Of a stretch of 64,000 nt of DNA, positions 25,479-37,906 are shown in pieces. The stretch is taken from assembly GCF_004010195.1 (NCBI RefSeq), contig NC_057720.1, positions 14,582,602-14,646,601 of the forward strand. Reading direction: 5' to 3'. Source of the stretch: Chiloscyllium plagiosum (Eukaryota). A model generated the notes under the pieces. It was given only the letters and a program-made list of their open reading frames with translations, searched no databases and had not been told where the DNA came from. A program made the position numbers and the translations under genes. Position 1 is the first letter of the stretch; each line of letters opens with the position of its first letter.

Positions 25479-27427
25479 CATAGAGTCATTGAGTCACAGA
25501 GATGTACAGCATGGAAACAGACCCTTCGGTCCAACCTGTCCATGCCAACCAGATATCCTGACTCGATCTAATCCCACCTGCCATCACCTGGCCAATGTCC
25601 CTCCAAACCCTTCCTATTTATATACCCATCCAAATGCCTCTTAAATGTTGCAATTGTATCAGCCTCCACCACTTCTTCCTCTGGCAGCTCATTCCATATA
25701 CGTACCACCCTCTCACCCTAAACCCAAGCCCTCTAGCTCTGGACTTCTCGACCCCAGGGAAAAGACTTTGTCTATTTACCCTATCCATGCCCCTTATAAT
25801 TTTGTAAACCTCTATAAGGTCACCCCTCAGCCTCCGACGCTCCAGAGAAAACAGCCCCAGGCTGTTCAGCCTCTCCCTATAGCTCAAATCCTCCAACCCT
25901 GGGAACATCCTTGTAAATCTTTTCTGAACCCTTTCAAGTTTCGCAACCTCTTTCTGATAGGAAGGAGACCAGAATTGCACACAATATTCCAACAGTGGCC
26001 TAACCAATGTCCTGAACAACCGCAATATGACCTCCCAACTCCTGTGCTCAATACTCTGACCAATAAAGGAAAGCATACCAAACACGACCTTCACTATCCT
26101 ATCTACCTGCGACTCCACTTTCAAGGAGCTATGAACCTGCACTCCAAGGTCTCTTTGTTCAGCAACACTCCCTAGGACCTTACCATTAAGTGTATAAGTC
26201 CTGCTAAGATTTGCTTTCCCAAAATGCAGCACCTCGCATTTATCTGAATTAAACTCCATCTGCCACTTCTCAGCCCAGTGGCCCATCTGGTCCAGGTTCT
26301 GTTGTAATCTGAGGTAACCCTCTTCGCTGTCCACAGCATCTCCAATTTTGGTGTCATCTGCAAACTTACTAACTGTACCTCTTATGCTTGTATCCAAATC
26401 ATTTATGTAAATGACAAAAAGTAGAGGTCCCAGCACTGATCCTTGTGGCACTCCACTGGTCACAGGTCTCCAGTCTGAAAAACAACCCTCCACCACCACC
26501 CTCTTCTTCTACCTTTGAGCCAGTTCTGTATCCAAATGGCTAGTTCTCCCTGTATTCCATGAGATCTAACCTTGCTAATCAGTCTCCCATGGGGAACCTT
26601 GTCGAACACCTTACTGAAGTCCATATAGATCACATGTACTGCTCTGACCTCCTCCGTCCTCTTTGTTACTTCAAAAAGCTCAATCAAGTTTGAGACATGA
26701 TTTCCTACGCACAAAGCCATGTTGACTATCCCTAATCAGTCCTTGCCTTTCCAATTGCGTATACATCCTGTCCCTCAGGATTCCTGAAGAAGGGCTCATG
26801 CTTGAAGCGTCGATTCTCCTGCTCCTTGGATGCTGCCTGACCTGCTGCGCTTTTCCAGCAACACATTTTCACCTCTGGATTCCCTCCAACAACTTGCCCA
26901 CCACTGAGGTCAGGCTCACTGGTCTATAGTTCCCTGGTTTGTCCTTACCACCCTTCTTAAACAGTGGCACCATGTTTACCAACCTCCAGTCTTCCGGCAT
27001 CTCACCTGTGACTATTGATGATACAAATATCTCAGCACGAGGCCCAGTAATCACTTCTCTAGCTTCCCACAGAGTTCTCTGATCAGGTGCTGGGGATTTA
27101 TTCACCTTTTACCTGTTTCAAGACATCCAGCACTTCCTCCTCTTGTAATATGGACATTTTGCAAGATGTCACCATCTATTTCCCTACTGTCTACAGCTTC
27201 CATATCTTTTCCACAGTAAATACTGATGCAAAATACTCAGTTAGTATCTCCCCTATTTTCTGCGGCTCCACACAAAGGCTGCCTTGCTGATCTTTGAGGG
27301 GCCCTATTTTCTTTCCCTGGTTCCCCTTTTGTCCATAATGTATTTGTAAAAACCCATTGGATTCTCCTTAACTCTCTTTGCCAAAGCTATCTCATGTCCT
27401 CTTTTTGCCCTCCTGATTTCCCTCAAG
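25479..27427 (-). mobile_element. Relatively young CR1 (HER1-like) LINE, 5'-truncated ORF2
   Basis: ORF 25618..26499 (293 aa: [27 protein letters not shown]) plus upstream RT pieces (26460..26720, 26869..27105). Confidence 0.92.
26785..26876 (+). mobile_element. Short PLE family A insertion starting at a degenerate hammerhead
   Basis: Flanked by ggattcc at 26778-26784 and 26877-26883 inside CR1; reads ctgaagaagggctcatgcttgaagcgtcgattctcc. Confidence 0.8.
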
Positions 27428-27911
27428 TGAAGGCTCAGGGTGCTTGAGTTACAAGCTAGCCAAGAAAAACCTAAAGAGAGAACGAAGAGCCAGGAGGGGT
27501 CATGAGAAGTCATTGGCAGATAGAAAGCTTTAGGGTTTTTCTAGATTCTGTAGGTATGTCAGGAAGAAAAGAATGGCCCTAATCTTACTCTAGTCAATCA
27601 AGGATAATGGTGGGAAGTTATGTGCGGAGTTCGAAGAGATAGAAGTGCTAAATGAATATTTTTCATCAGTATTCACACTGGAAAAAGATAATGTCGAGGA
27701 GAATGCTGAGGTACAGGCTACTAGACTAGACAGGACTGAGGTTCACAAAGAGGTGTTAGCAACTCTGGAAAGTGTGAAAATCGATAAGTCCCATGTGCCA
27801 GATGTGATTTATCCTAGGAATCTCTGGGAAGCCAGGGAGGATACTGTAGAGTTTTTTGGCTTTGATCTTTATGTTGTCATTGTTTACAGGAATAGTGCCA
27901 GAAGACAGGAG

Positions 27912-28121
27912 TCATGATTTGGAGATGCTGGTGTTAGACTGGGGTGTATTAAGTTTAAAAATCTCACAACACCAGGTTATAGTCCAACAGGTTTAATTGG
28001 AAGCACTAGCTTTCAGAGCACCGCTCCGAAACACAACCACCTGTTGAAGGAGCGGCACTCCGAAAGCTAGTGCTTCCAATTAAACATGTTGGACTATACC
28101 CTGGTGTTGTGTGATTTTTAA
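27912..28121. mobile_element. PLE family D inverted-repeat insertion with hammerhead remnant
   Basis: TSD cagaagacaggag at 27899-27911 and 28122-28134; arms about 27957-28027 and 28048-28121; cac-CUGUUGA-A-GGAGC-GGC-ACUCC-GAAA-G-CUA-gug at 28038-28072. Confidence 0.8.
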
Positions 28122-28260
28122 CAGAAGACAGGAGGATAGCAAATTTTGCTCCCTTGTTCAAGAAGGGGAGTAGAGCCAACCCTGTTAATTATAGACCATT
28201 GAGCCATTGACCATTCAGTTGTGGGTAAAGGGTTAGAAACGCTTGAGAGAAAATTTATAA

Positions 28261-28563
28261 TTAGAGTAGATTACTTAGTGTGGAAACAGGCCCTTCGGTC
28301 CAACAAGTCCACACTGACCCGCCACCCACCCATACCCCTACATTTACCCCTTATTACCTAACACTACGGGCAATTTAGCATGGCCAATTCACTTGACCTG
28401 CACATCTTTGGACTGTGGGAGGAAACCGGAGCACCCGGAGGAAACCCATGCAGACACAGGGAGAATGTGCAAACTCCACACAGTCAGTCGCCTGAGTCGG
28501 GAATTGAACCAGGGTCTCTGGCGCTGCGAGGCAGCAGTGCTAACCACTGCCACCGTGACGCCC
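28261..28563 (-). mobile_element. HE1-type V-SINE
   Basis: Same structure as 24701-25004. Confidence 0.9.
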
Positions 28564-30303
28564 TATAATCAAGAGGAATAAGTTGATTAGAGATAGTCAG
28601 CACTGTTTTATGAAGGGTAGGTTGTGCCTCACGAATCTTTTATTGAGTTCTTTTGAGAAGGTAACTAAACAGATGGATGAGGATAAAGTGGTTGATGTCT
28701 GTATATGGATGTGCTTGATAAGGTTGTAATGGAAGGCTATTGCACAAAATACAGAGGCATGGGATTGAGGGTGATTTAGCAGTTTGGATCAGAAATTGGC
28801 TAGCTGAAAGAAGACAGAGGACGGTGGTTGATGGAAAGTGTTTATCCTGGATTCAGTTACTAGTGGTGTACGGCAAGGATCGGTTTTGGGCCCACTGCTG
28901 TTTGCCATTTTTATAAATGACCTGGATGAGGGCATGGAAGGATAGCTTTTGTAAATTTGCAAATGACGCTAAGGTTGGTGGAGTTGTGGACAGTGCTGAA
29001 GGAGGTTGCAGGTTACAGTGGGACATTGATAAGCTGTAGAGCTGGGCTGAGGTGGTAAATAGAGTTAATGCAGAAAAGTGCAAAGTGATTCAATTTGGAA
29101 GAAGTAACAGTAATGCAGAGTACTGGGCTAATGGTAAGATTCTTGGCAGTGCTGATGAGCAGAGAGATCTGTGTCCGTGTACATAAATCCCTGAAAGTTG
29201 TCACCCACGTTGATGGGGTTGATAAAAGGGCATATGATGTGTTAGCTTTTGTTGGCAGAGGGATTGAATTTTGGAACCATGAGGTCATGTTGCAGCCGTA
29301 CAAAATTCTGGTGTGGCTGCACTTGGTGTTGCGTACAATTCTGGTCAGCACATTATATGAAGGATGTGGAAGCTTAGGAAAGGGTTCAGTGGAGATTTAT
29401 TAGTATATTGCCTGGTATGGAGGGAAGGTCTTATGTGAAAAAGCTGAGGAACTTGAGACTGTTTCCTTTAGAATTTTGAGAGGTGACTTAATTGAGACAT
29501 ACAAGATAATCAGAGGGTTAGATAGGGTAGACAGTGAGAGCTTTTTTCCTCCGATGGTGATGGCTAGTTTAAACTGTGGGGTGATAGATCTAGGACAGAT
29601 GTCAGAGCTAATTTTTTTTACTTACAGTAGTAAGGGCATGGAATGGCCTGCCTGCAACAGTCATAGACTCACCAACTTAAAGGGCACTTAAATGGTCATT
29701 GGATAAACATATGGATGAAAATGAGATAGTGTAGGTTAGATGGGCTTCAGATTGTTGCACCGATCTGTGTAACCATCGAGGGTTGAAGGGCCTGTACTGT
29801 GCTGTAATGTTGTTTTGTTCTTTACTGTGTAACATGTTCATCTAAATTGGTCCCAGTGTTCCTCACGACTGAAACCTTCCCTCTCGCAGCATATCCTGAA
29901 TTAGGCAAATACAGCAGGCGAATGCGCTGTGTAGCTGCTTGCACTCTCGCTCGCGCTCGCGCTTTGTCTCCTGTATTAACATTTTAACTCTTTCTTAGCA
30001 TGTATGCTACACTTTTTGTTATTTTCAGACTACTACTTTTGTCATGTCTTTGTTGTCGTCATCATCACCCTCGTCTGTATTCATTGCTAAATGTCCAACT
30101 GAGTGCCATTGACTTGACACATTCCTGGCACTGCCTTCAGCTTCCTTCTGGGTGTCTGCCCATTTCCTCTCCATCTATTTTGCTATCAGCTGACCACATT
30201 CTGGATCCTGTGGTCCAGGCGACTTTCCTGTCTCTGTGCTTTGCACTGAACCTTTCTACCATCAGGTCAGAAACTCTCAGCATGTGTTTAAGCTGCAAAT
30301 ATA

Positions 30304-30433
30304 AAGTTTAAAATCTCTCTGTGCCAGTTTACAGTCCAACAGGTTTATTTGGAAGCACTTGGACTATAACCTGGTGTTGTGTGATTTTTAACTTGTACAC
30401 CCCAGTTCAATATCAGCATCTCCAAATCAGGCA
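30304..30433. mobile_element. PLE family D short inverted remnant
   Basis: Same sequence as 27912-28121 (agtccaacaggttta.ttggaagcac and ttggactataacctggtgttgtgtgattttta); flanked by tgcaaatata at 30294-30303 and 30434-30443. Confidence 0.7.
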
Positions 30434-31042
30434 TGCAAATATAGATCAGCATGGCACAAGAACTGTAGGCTACAGGTCCTAGCTGCTGCTCTATTCGAAC
30501 TTCATTTTCAAAAGTAAAATACCCTGTGCTTACTCGTTAACAGATGCTTTAATGTACATTTTAAGTTGGACTGCCACTCTTTTTCCATTTACTGCTCAAA
30601 GCAAGCTCTCCAAAACTAAACTGTTAATCAAGATTAACAAGGACTACTCAGAAATAATGTCAAAGGTTTTAAATAAAATCTAGGTACTTGTATAACAACA
30701 AAGTGCTGGAAATATTCAGATTTGTCATCACTTGTGAAAAGAGAAACAGTGTGAATGGTTGAGCTCTAATGTGACCCAAGTAATTGTCTTAGAGATCTGA
30801 TTCTCCACTTTTGAGTGCATGTAAATGTTCACATTATCATTTAGTTGCTCAGTTTCTGCACTTTCTGATGCACTCTGCAGTTCTCCCAGCTCAGTGTCCC
30901 ATTTTTATGAGGCACTTTTCCAAAAGCTTTATGAAAGTGATGACTTGTTTAATTAATAGGTAAGCCACGGGTGACTTTTCCAGTAGCAGTGTTGGTGCCC
31001 TTTGCTGCCGTTTTTTGTCTAATTCGTTAAACCTTGATCAAC

Positions 31043-31281
31043 TTCAGCTTACATGGCTTGATGTTATAGGCATAGAGACTTAACCAAGCTGGGAATGATT
31101 GAGATCTGAATGTTCAGGGTTATAGGTTCTTTTGCAAAGGTGGGGAAAATTAGGCATTTGTTGGGCTGGGTGGGAACAGCACTCCTGTTAAACTCTTTTA
31201 TATTAGAAAAGGAATTTCAGTAAGGGTAATCAAGCTGCAGGAATGTATGGAAGGATGAAACAACCTGAGAGGTTTAAGTCC
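31043..31281. repeat. Diverged direct copy of 34246-34471
   Basis: Shared ttcagctta.atggc..atgttat..gacttaaccaagctg.gaatgattgaga..aatgttcag.gttataggtt.ttttgcaaag.tggggaaaatt..aaggaatttcagtaagg.taatcaagctgcag. Confidence 0.8.
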
Positions 31282-31424
31282 TATCTTGTATGCCTAACAA
31301 CTCATTGGAAGGTATTCCCTATTCGTTGCATTAATTTAGTAATGAAGTTCTGTTCCCACTTTTTTTTAAAAAAACGCTAGTGATTTTTGAGAAGATTTTG
31401 TAGCTCAGGTTGATAAGTCTATAA

Positions 31425-31562
31425 TCCTCCCACTTCCTCCAAACGAAAGGAGTAGCCATGGGCACCCGCATGGGCCCCAGCTATGCCTGCCTCTTCGTAG
31501 GATATGTGGAACAGTCCATCTTCCGCAACTACACTGGCCCCACCCCCCACCTTTTCCTCCGC
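31425..31562 (+). mobile_element. PLE family A reverse transcriptase fragment
   Basis: QTKGVAMGTRMGPSYACLFVGYVEQSIFRNYTGPTPHLFLR, the Penelope RT segment just before the YxDD motif; runs into the N gap. Confidence 0.85.
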
Positions 31563-31727
31563 NNNNNNNNNNNNNNNNNNNNNNNNNNNNNNNNNNNNNN
31601 NNNNNNNNNNNNNNNNNNNNNNNNNNNNNNNNNNNNNNNNNNNNNNNNNNNNNNNNNNNNNNNNNNNNNNNNNNNNNNNNNNNNNNNNNNNNNNNNNNNN
31701 NNNNNNNNNNNNNNNNNNNNNNNNNNN
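31563..31727. other. Assembly gap (165 N)
   Basis: Run of N. Confidence 1.
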
Positions 31728-32003
31728 GGGGTAGACCATTTAGGTCAGAGATGAGGAGAAACGTCTTCACTCAGAGAGTGGTGGCTGTGTGGAATGCTCT
31801 GCCCGAGTGGGCAGTGGAGGCCCAGTCTCTGGATTCATTTAAGAAAGAGTTGGATAGAGCTCTCAAGGATAGTGGAATCAAGGGTTATGGAGATAAGGCA
31901 GGAACAGGATACTGATTAAGGATGATCAGCCACGATCATATTGAATGGCGGTGCAGGCTCGAAGGGCAAAATAGCCTACTCCTGCACCTATTGTCTATTG
32001 TCT
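31728..32003 (+). mobile_element. CR1 LINE 3' end
   Basis: gagatgaggagaaacgtcttcactcagagagtggtg...cctactcctgcacctattgtctattgtct. Confidence 0.85.
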
Positions 32004-32009
32004 AAAGGA

Positions 32010-32202
32010 GAACCAAATGAGTTTCTCCGAAAATCAACAACAGTTTCGTGGTCATCATTAGACTCTTAACCCTAGATTTTGTTTTTAATTAAATACAAAT
32101 TTGACCATCTGCCATAGCAGAATTCAAACCTGGGTTTCCAGAACATTACCAGGGTCTCAGGGTTAACACTGCAGCGATAATACCACAAGGCCCCTGCCTC
32201 CT
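32010..32202 (-). mobile_element. Deu-domain SINE 5' part
   Basis: Reverse complement of the head seen at 42940-43085. Confidence 0.65.
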
Positions 32203-32547
32203 CTACATCTCCTGACAGTGCAGCGAGAAATGTCAACATGTGTGAGGTGCTCAGGTACTAAAGTGGGTCTTGAACTCTTAACCGCTGTCTCAGGGAAAGT
32301 GTGCTACCACTGAGATAAAGGACAATTTCCTCCATGTTTAGGTCTTCCGCGGCGTTGGAAAGTTTGACTTTGAAAGATAAAAACCCATGACAATTCTGCA
32401 AATCCCTGCCTTTGATCAGTGTCATTAAATAATACAGCAGATGCCCACAGAACGTGATTTGAGACTGCGGTGTTATTCACTCCATTGTCACTGCTGTTTT
32501 CCAACAGCTCAAAGTCATTTAATAACTGAGTCATTTGTCTCAGTCAA

Positions 32548-32859
32548 ATCCATCGAATTCAGCACCGCCTTCCTAACCTGCAATCTTCTTCCCGACCTCT
32601 CCGCCCCCACCCCAGTCTGACCTATCACCCTCACCTTCACCTCTTTCTACCTATCACATTTCCGACGCCCCTCCCCCAAGTCCCTCCTCCCTACCTTTTA
32701 TCTTAGCCTGCTGGACAAACTTTCCTCATTCCTGAAGAAGGGCCTATGCCCGAAACGTCGATTCTCCTGTTCCCTGGATGCTGCCTGACCTGCTGCGCTT
32801 CTCCAGCAACACATTTTCAGCTCTGATCTCCAGCATCTGCAGACCTCACTTTCTCCTCC
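32548..32859 (+). mobile_element. PLE family A 3' UTR/pseudo-LTR
   Basis: C/T-rich UTR, hammerhead and terminal cagcatctgcagacctcactttctcc; followed by TSD copy ttgataagtctataa. Confidence 0.88.
32732..32759 (+). ncRNA. Minimal hammerhead ribozyme motif, intact core, sense to PKN2
   Basis: CUGAAGA-A-GGGC-CUAU-GCCC-GAAA-C-GUC. Confidence 0.75.
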
Positions 32860-32955
32860 TTGATAAGTCTATAAGTTAGCTCACTGAGCTTGAACCTTCA
32901 ACTCCACGAGCTAACTTACAATAAATAAAAGCTACCTGCGTCATCTCGTTCCTGC

Positions 32956-33170
32956 CTCAGTCGAAGCAAAACACTGAGATACAGTATAGTTTTGCCTCCT
33001 GCATCTTTATTCCGTGCCCTGGAGGGAGGGAGAACGATCACCCATGTGCACAGAGACATGAATTCTCTGTCTTCTGGAAGAGCAATTTCTTAATGAATTA
33101 TACAGTCATTTTACAGGGAGGAGCGTCCAGATAAGGCAGCATACATATTGATTGGGTGACCGTTAGAAGC
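32956..33170. repeat. Second copy of the LTR-like repeat at 8073-8292
   Basis: Collinear similarity visible by eye; may extend to about 33515. Confidence 0.6.
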
Positions 33171-35493
33171 AGCAAGTGTCAATAGTAAAGATCAAGCCAT
33201 CTGCTGTTACACAATGAAGAACTGGTTTCACATAATGAATACTTTTCACCTTGTTAAACTGACCTTACATACTGAATGCTTGCAATATTGCTAAATGGCT
33301 TTACATAATGAATGTTTTTCCACCTTGTTAACCAACTACCCTTGATTCCAGCACCTCATTGTTTACTGCAAGTTCTTATCTGATCTGAGTTATGCTTAGC
33401 TGAACCTCTTGTTTCTCAAAACTTAACTCTTTCCCTACCTGTTCATGCCCTATACACATTCTCAGCTCCTGTTACTCAGTCTGCTCATGCTTTTGAGGGA
33501 ATAGTCTCCCAACTCCAATGAACAACGTAAAGGTCCAAGAGCTCAGGTGGCACCTCTCCCACCTCTATAAGAAATGTAATGGGTTTGGGTTTTTTGGGGA
33601 AGGGTGGAATTTATATCAGAGCAGACAGCCTTTTATTATGAGGGTTTTGTTTATTTTGAGCATTGTGGAGGTATATTAAACTGTGGCTTGTAAATATGGC
33701 TTGGATCATCTGAAGAGGAAACATTTGCAGAGCATCAGGGGAGATATTGTTGAGTGGTACTAGGTATTTGTTCTTGCAGAGAGCCAACTCAGTAATGACA
33801 TAATGAATAGCCTCCTGCATTGTTAATCTGTTTACCTGTGTATGGTTTTATCAATGAGTGTCACTGCCTAAAGCTGTCAGGTGCATACCATCTTCAAGAC
33901 TGTGTGTGTGTGTATGCCCAGATGAAAAGCTGCCATTTCATATATTCACCATTTCTCCTTGAGAATGTGATCTTGCGACTGTCCAATTACGATGAATATC
34001 AATTGGGTTAATCAGTTTAGTGTTATGTATGTGGTATTGAATTCTCATGGAGGTTCTGCCTCCTTTTATAGTTATCTTTTGTTACTTGCAGTGCCATACA
34101 CTGACCCAAATTGATAACCTTTGTCTGGAAGTTTTGAGATTCCTGTGGCCAAAGAAATATTAAACTGGAAAAAAAAATTACTTCACTTACAAGAAAATTA
34201 ATCAGAGAATGGAGAAAGATTTAAACTGGTAGGGACAAGTTCAATTTCAGCTTAAATGGCATAATGTTATGGTCATGAAGACTTAACCAAGCTGTGAATG
34301 ATTGAGACCTAAATGTTCAGAGTTATAGGTTGTTTTGCAAAGATGGGGAAAATTGGACAGGTTTTGGGATGGGAGGGAGTAGTGTGTTGTCAGAAGGAAT
34401 TTCAGTAAGGTTAATCAAGCTGCAGAAATATACATAAGTAAAGTTTATGCAGGAACCTGAAAGATTTAAGTCTTGCAGTAATTGTCTTCAAATGTAGTGC
34501 TGCTCTGAAGAGTGCAGGGATAGAAGGACCTGGTTGGTTCAAGTGCATATGTTTTTGTTTTTGAACATTACAGAATATTTTGAGAAAGCAGTTAGCAAAA
34601 CATGGGAGGTTTGTGTAAAAAGCAGGGATGTAGTGCTAAATGTAGCCCAAAATTATGAATTGGATCTAGTTCTGTTCACCACGTTTTTAGGAAGGATGTG
34701 AATGCCCCAGGAAGGGTACAGAAGAAATTTACAATGTTTTCAATGATAAGGGAACTTCTCTGTACGGCTTAGTATCAGAATGGTTCTAGTGATCGGGAAA
34801 TACAGCTGAGGATTATATTGGAGAAACTTGTGGTATTCTTTATGGTCCAAAGATGATTGAGGGGAGATTTGTTGGGAGGTGTACAGCACCAAGGCAGTGT
34901 TAAGTAATGTAGACTGGGGAAATAACTGTTTCCATGAGGCTATTGTACATGGACTAGGGGAATCCATATTCTGTGTATTTAGGTAAGAGAGAGGGGGATG
35001 TGAGGAAGATTTTTTTTTAAATGCAATGAGCAGCAAAGAGCTGGAACTTGCTGCCTAAAAGGGTTGTAGAAGTGAAGATGAGTAAAGATTTCAAAAGGAA
35101 ATTGGATGGGCATTTGAGGGAAATAAACTTAGCAGGTGACAAGTACTTGATCGGCCAAATGTCCTTTTGCTGTGCTGCTATGACCGACTTCCTGAGTTTA
35201 GACCTTGATATATTTGATCATTCCTTAATGAAGGAACTCTTTGAAAAAAGAGGTTAAAGGAAGATCCAAATGTGATTAATGGTCAGTCAGAAAATGACAA
35301 GCTTCTTGCTGAAGGAAACATTCTGTTTGTCAACATGTGGCAAGTGTTCTGTTGCCCTGTGCTATGTGCTCTGAACTTCTCTATATGTTGTTGGTTTGGA
35401 TTGAAAAATAGACAAGTGTATTATCCACGTTTACAGACTGCACCAGATTATAAGGCACAGTAATTTGTGTAGGAAGGTTATGGTCATAAAAAG

Positions 35494-36536
35494 GAGAAAC
35501 AGGGCTGCAGATGCCGGAAATCAGTCGAGAGTGTGGTGCTGGAAAGACACAACCAGTCAGGCAGCATCTGAGGAACAGGAGAATCAATGTTTCTGGTGTA
35601 AGCCCTTCATCAGAAATGAGATGGGGGAGAAGGTGATAGGGTGGAATGGATAGATGGGAAAAGTGACAGACAGGTCAAGAGGGCAGTGCCGATTTGGAGG
35701 CTTGGACTGGGATAATGTGTGGGGAGGAGAGGAAACTGGCGAAATCCACATTTATCCTGTGTGGTTGCAGGGTCCCAAGGCAGAAAATGAGGCGTTCTTC
35801 CTCCAGGCGTCGGGTGGTAAGGGTTTGGCGATGGAGGAGGCCCTCCAAGATCTGCATGTCTTTGGTGGAGTGGAAGGGGGAGTTGAAGTGTTCGGCCACA
35901 GGGTGGTGGGGTTGGTTGGGACAGGTGTCCCAGAGATGACCCACAAGTTGGCGACCTGTCTCCTTGTAGAGGAGGCCACATTGCGTGCAGTGGGTACAGT
36001 AGATGTCATTGGTAAACTGATACAGGTAAATTTCTGTCTGATGTGGAAGGATCCTTTTGGGGCCTTAGACAGAGGGGAGGAGGGTGGGGGAGGGAGGTGT
36101 GGGTGCAGGTTTTGCTGTTCTTGCTGTGGCAGGGTAAGCTGCTGGGAGTGGGGTGTGGGCTGGTGGGGCGTGCATCTGATGAGGGAGGTACGGAGGGAAT
36201 GGTCTCTCCAGAAGACTGATAGGGGTGCGGAGCAAAATATGTCCGTAATGGTGGGGTCTATTTGGAAAGTACACTAAGGTTGGTGGGGTGGAAGGTGAGG
36301 AAGGGGGTTCCATCCTTGTTGCGTTGGGAGGGGTGGAGGTTCAATAGTGGAGGTATGGAAAGTGGAGGAGATATGCTGGAGGGCATCGTCAACCATGTGG
36401 GAGGGGAAGGGGAAATTGCAATCTTTAAAGAAAGAGGCCATGCTCATTCCTGATGAAGGGCTTATGCCCGTAACGTCGGTTCTCCTTCTCGGGTGCTGAC
36501 TGACCTGCTTTGTCTTTCCAGCACCCCACACTCTAC
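35494..36536 (-). mobile_element. PLE family A (GIY-YIG endonuclease part) with inverted 3' end appended at its 5' junction
   Basis: ORF 35675..35944 (PVAEHFNSPFHS..DMQIL..RRLEEERLIFCLGTLQPHRINVDF); inverted arm 36443-36534; TSD tatggtcat(a/t)aaaag at 35479-35493 and 36537-36551. Confidence 0.88.
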
Positions 36537-37906
36537 TATGGTCATTAAAAGTCATAGTGGTCAGAATTGTGGGAGGTGGATTTCCATGTCGGTGAGTGAG
36601 ATTGTCTACATGAATCAAAGGAAGATAAATTAGAATGTTAATTGTGAAGGTGAGCAGATATATTTTAGTGTCCATGGTGGGTTTTTTTTTTGTACCTAAA
36701 AAGGCTGATAGAATATTGGCCTTTATCTCTGAGACTTTGGAATGCACAAGTTAACTATGCTTCAGTTAATCACATCTTTGGTCAGATCATATCTACAGTT
36801 TTGAGCACAAATTTCAAAAAGATAACATTGGGTTTTGAAGGAATGCTGTGCAGACTTATTAAACGTCAGTGTTGTTTTGAAGAGTAAGTTTGAGACATGT
36901 TGCAGAAACTTCATATTACTTATGAGTTGAGAAAGGTGATGGAATCTAATTATGTTTTAAAAATAAAGCAGCTCATTGGGAAGTTGCAGCAATAGTTCCC
37001 CCTGTAGAGTTCAGAATGATGAGTTAGAATCTCAAATTTAGACCTGAGTGATCCATGTGAAATTGGGAATCACATTTTTCTCATACAAAGCGATGGAAAT
37101 CTGAAACATTCCCCAAAAAAGCTGTTGATACTGGATCATTTGAAATGCTCAAGCTCGGAATAGACTTTTGAATTAAAACGGTAATAATGCTGAGGGGCAA
37201 ATGCATTTGAGATACTGATCTAATTTAATATCTTGTTTGGTTGGGATCTTTGGATCAGGCTTAAGTGACTCAATGATCCTGATCCTATTTTCTTATGTGG
37301 AACGTTAATATACCTATATCTAACTGCATTTGGATATACTTTGCATAGGAGTTTCTTTGTCACCAGGTTGGAGATTCAGGTTAGCTCCTCTGCCACTTTA
37401 TTCCCTTTCCCTAAGTTCACTGGGCTGGGGTGTATACTCTTTTTTTTGAAATTAGAATGAGGTTTGATCATCTTGAAATATACAAGAGCATGAAATTACG
37501 TCAGGGCAGATATAGAGAGGGTGTTTCTTCTTGAAAAGGTTAGAACTAAGGACCACAGTTTTAATAACAAAAGTAGATTTCCTTTCAAAACAATGAGATG
37601 GTTGGTCAATGGAATTTTCTTTCTCAAATCACTGGTTGCTGACCTTTGACAGACAATGGAGTCTAGGGCTATGGAAGCAGATGACCAAGTGGCCTTGAGA
37701 CCATAACCAGCTCCGCCACGATCATCTTGAATGACCGAGCAGGCTTAAAGGGCCAAACGGTCTATTTCTGCTCTTAAATAATGTGTATTGATGAACTTCC
37801 TGAAAGGCTTGTCCTTCTTTTTAGTCCTGAATTTATATTTTTTTTCTCTTCCTGCATTTTGCCCATCTCTCCTCATGCCTTCTCAGTGTTTACCTTATCC
37901 ATTGGT

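Larger units (their letters stand above)
24600..29822 (+). mobile_element. Long CR1 ORF2 copy interrupted by nested insertions
   Basis: EN/linker sequence at 24600-25478 resumes at 27428 and continues through RT to the tail near 29820; interrupted by two SINEs, two PLE inserts and an antisense CR1 (itself carrying a third PLE). Confidence 0.8.

Noticed and set aside
25618..26499. Longest ORF (293 aa) as a host gene
   Set aside because: It is a fragment of CR1 ORF2, frameshifted on both sides and interrupted by a PLE upstream.
29880..29970. Small CpG cluster ctcgctcgcgctcgcgc
   Set aside because: Too short for a CpG island; looks like a degenerate microsatellite.
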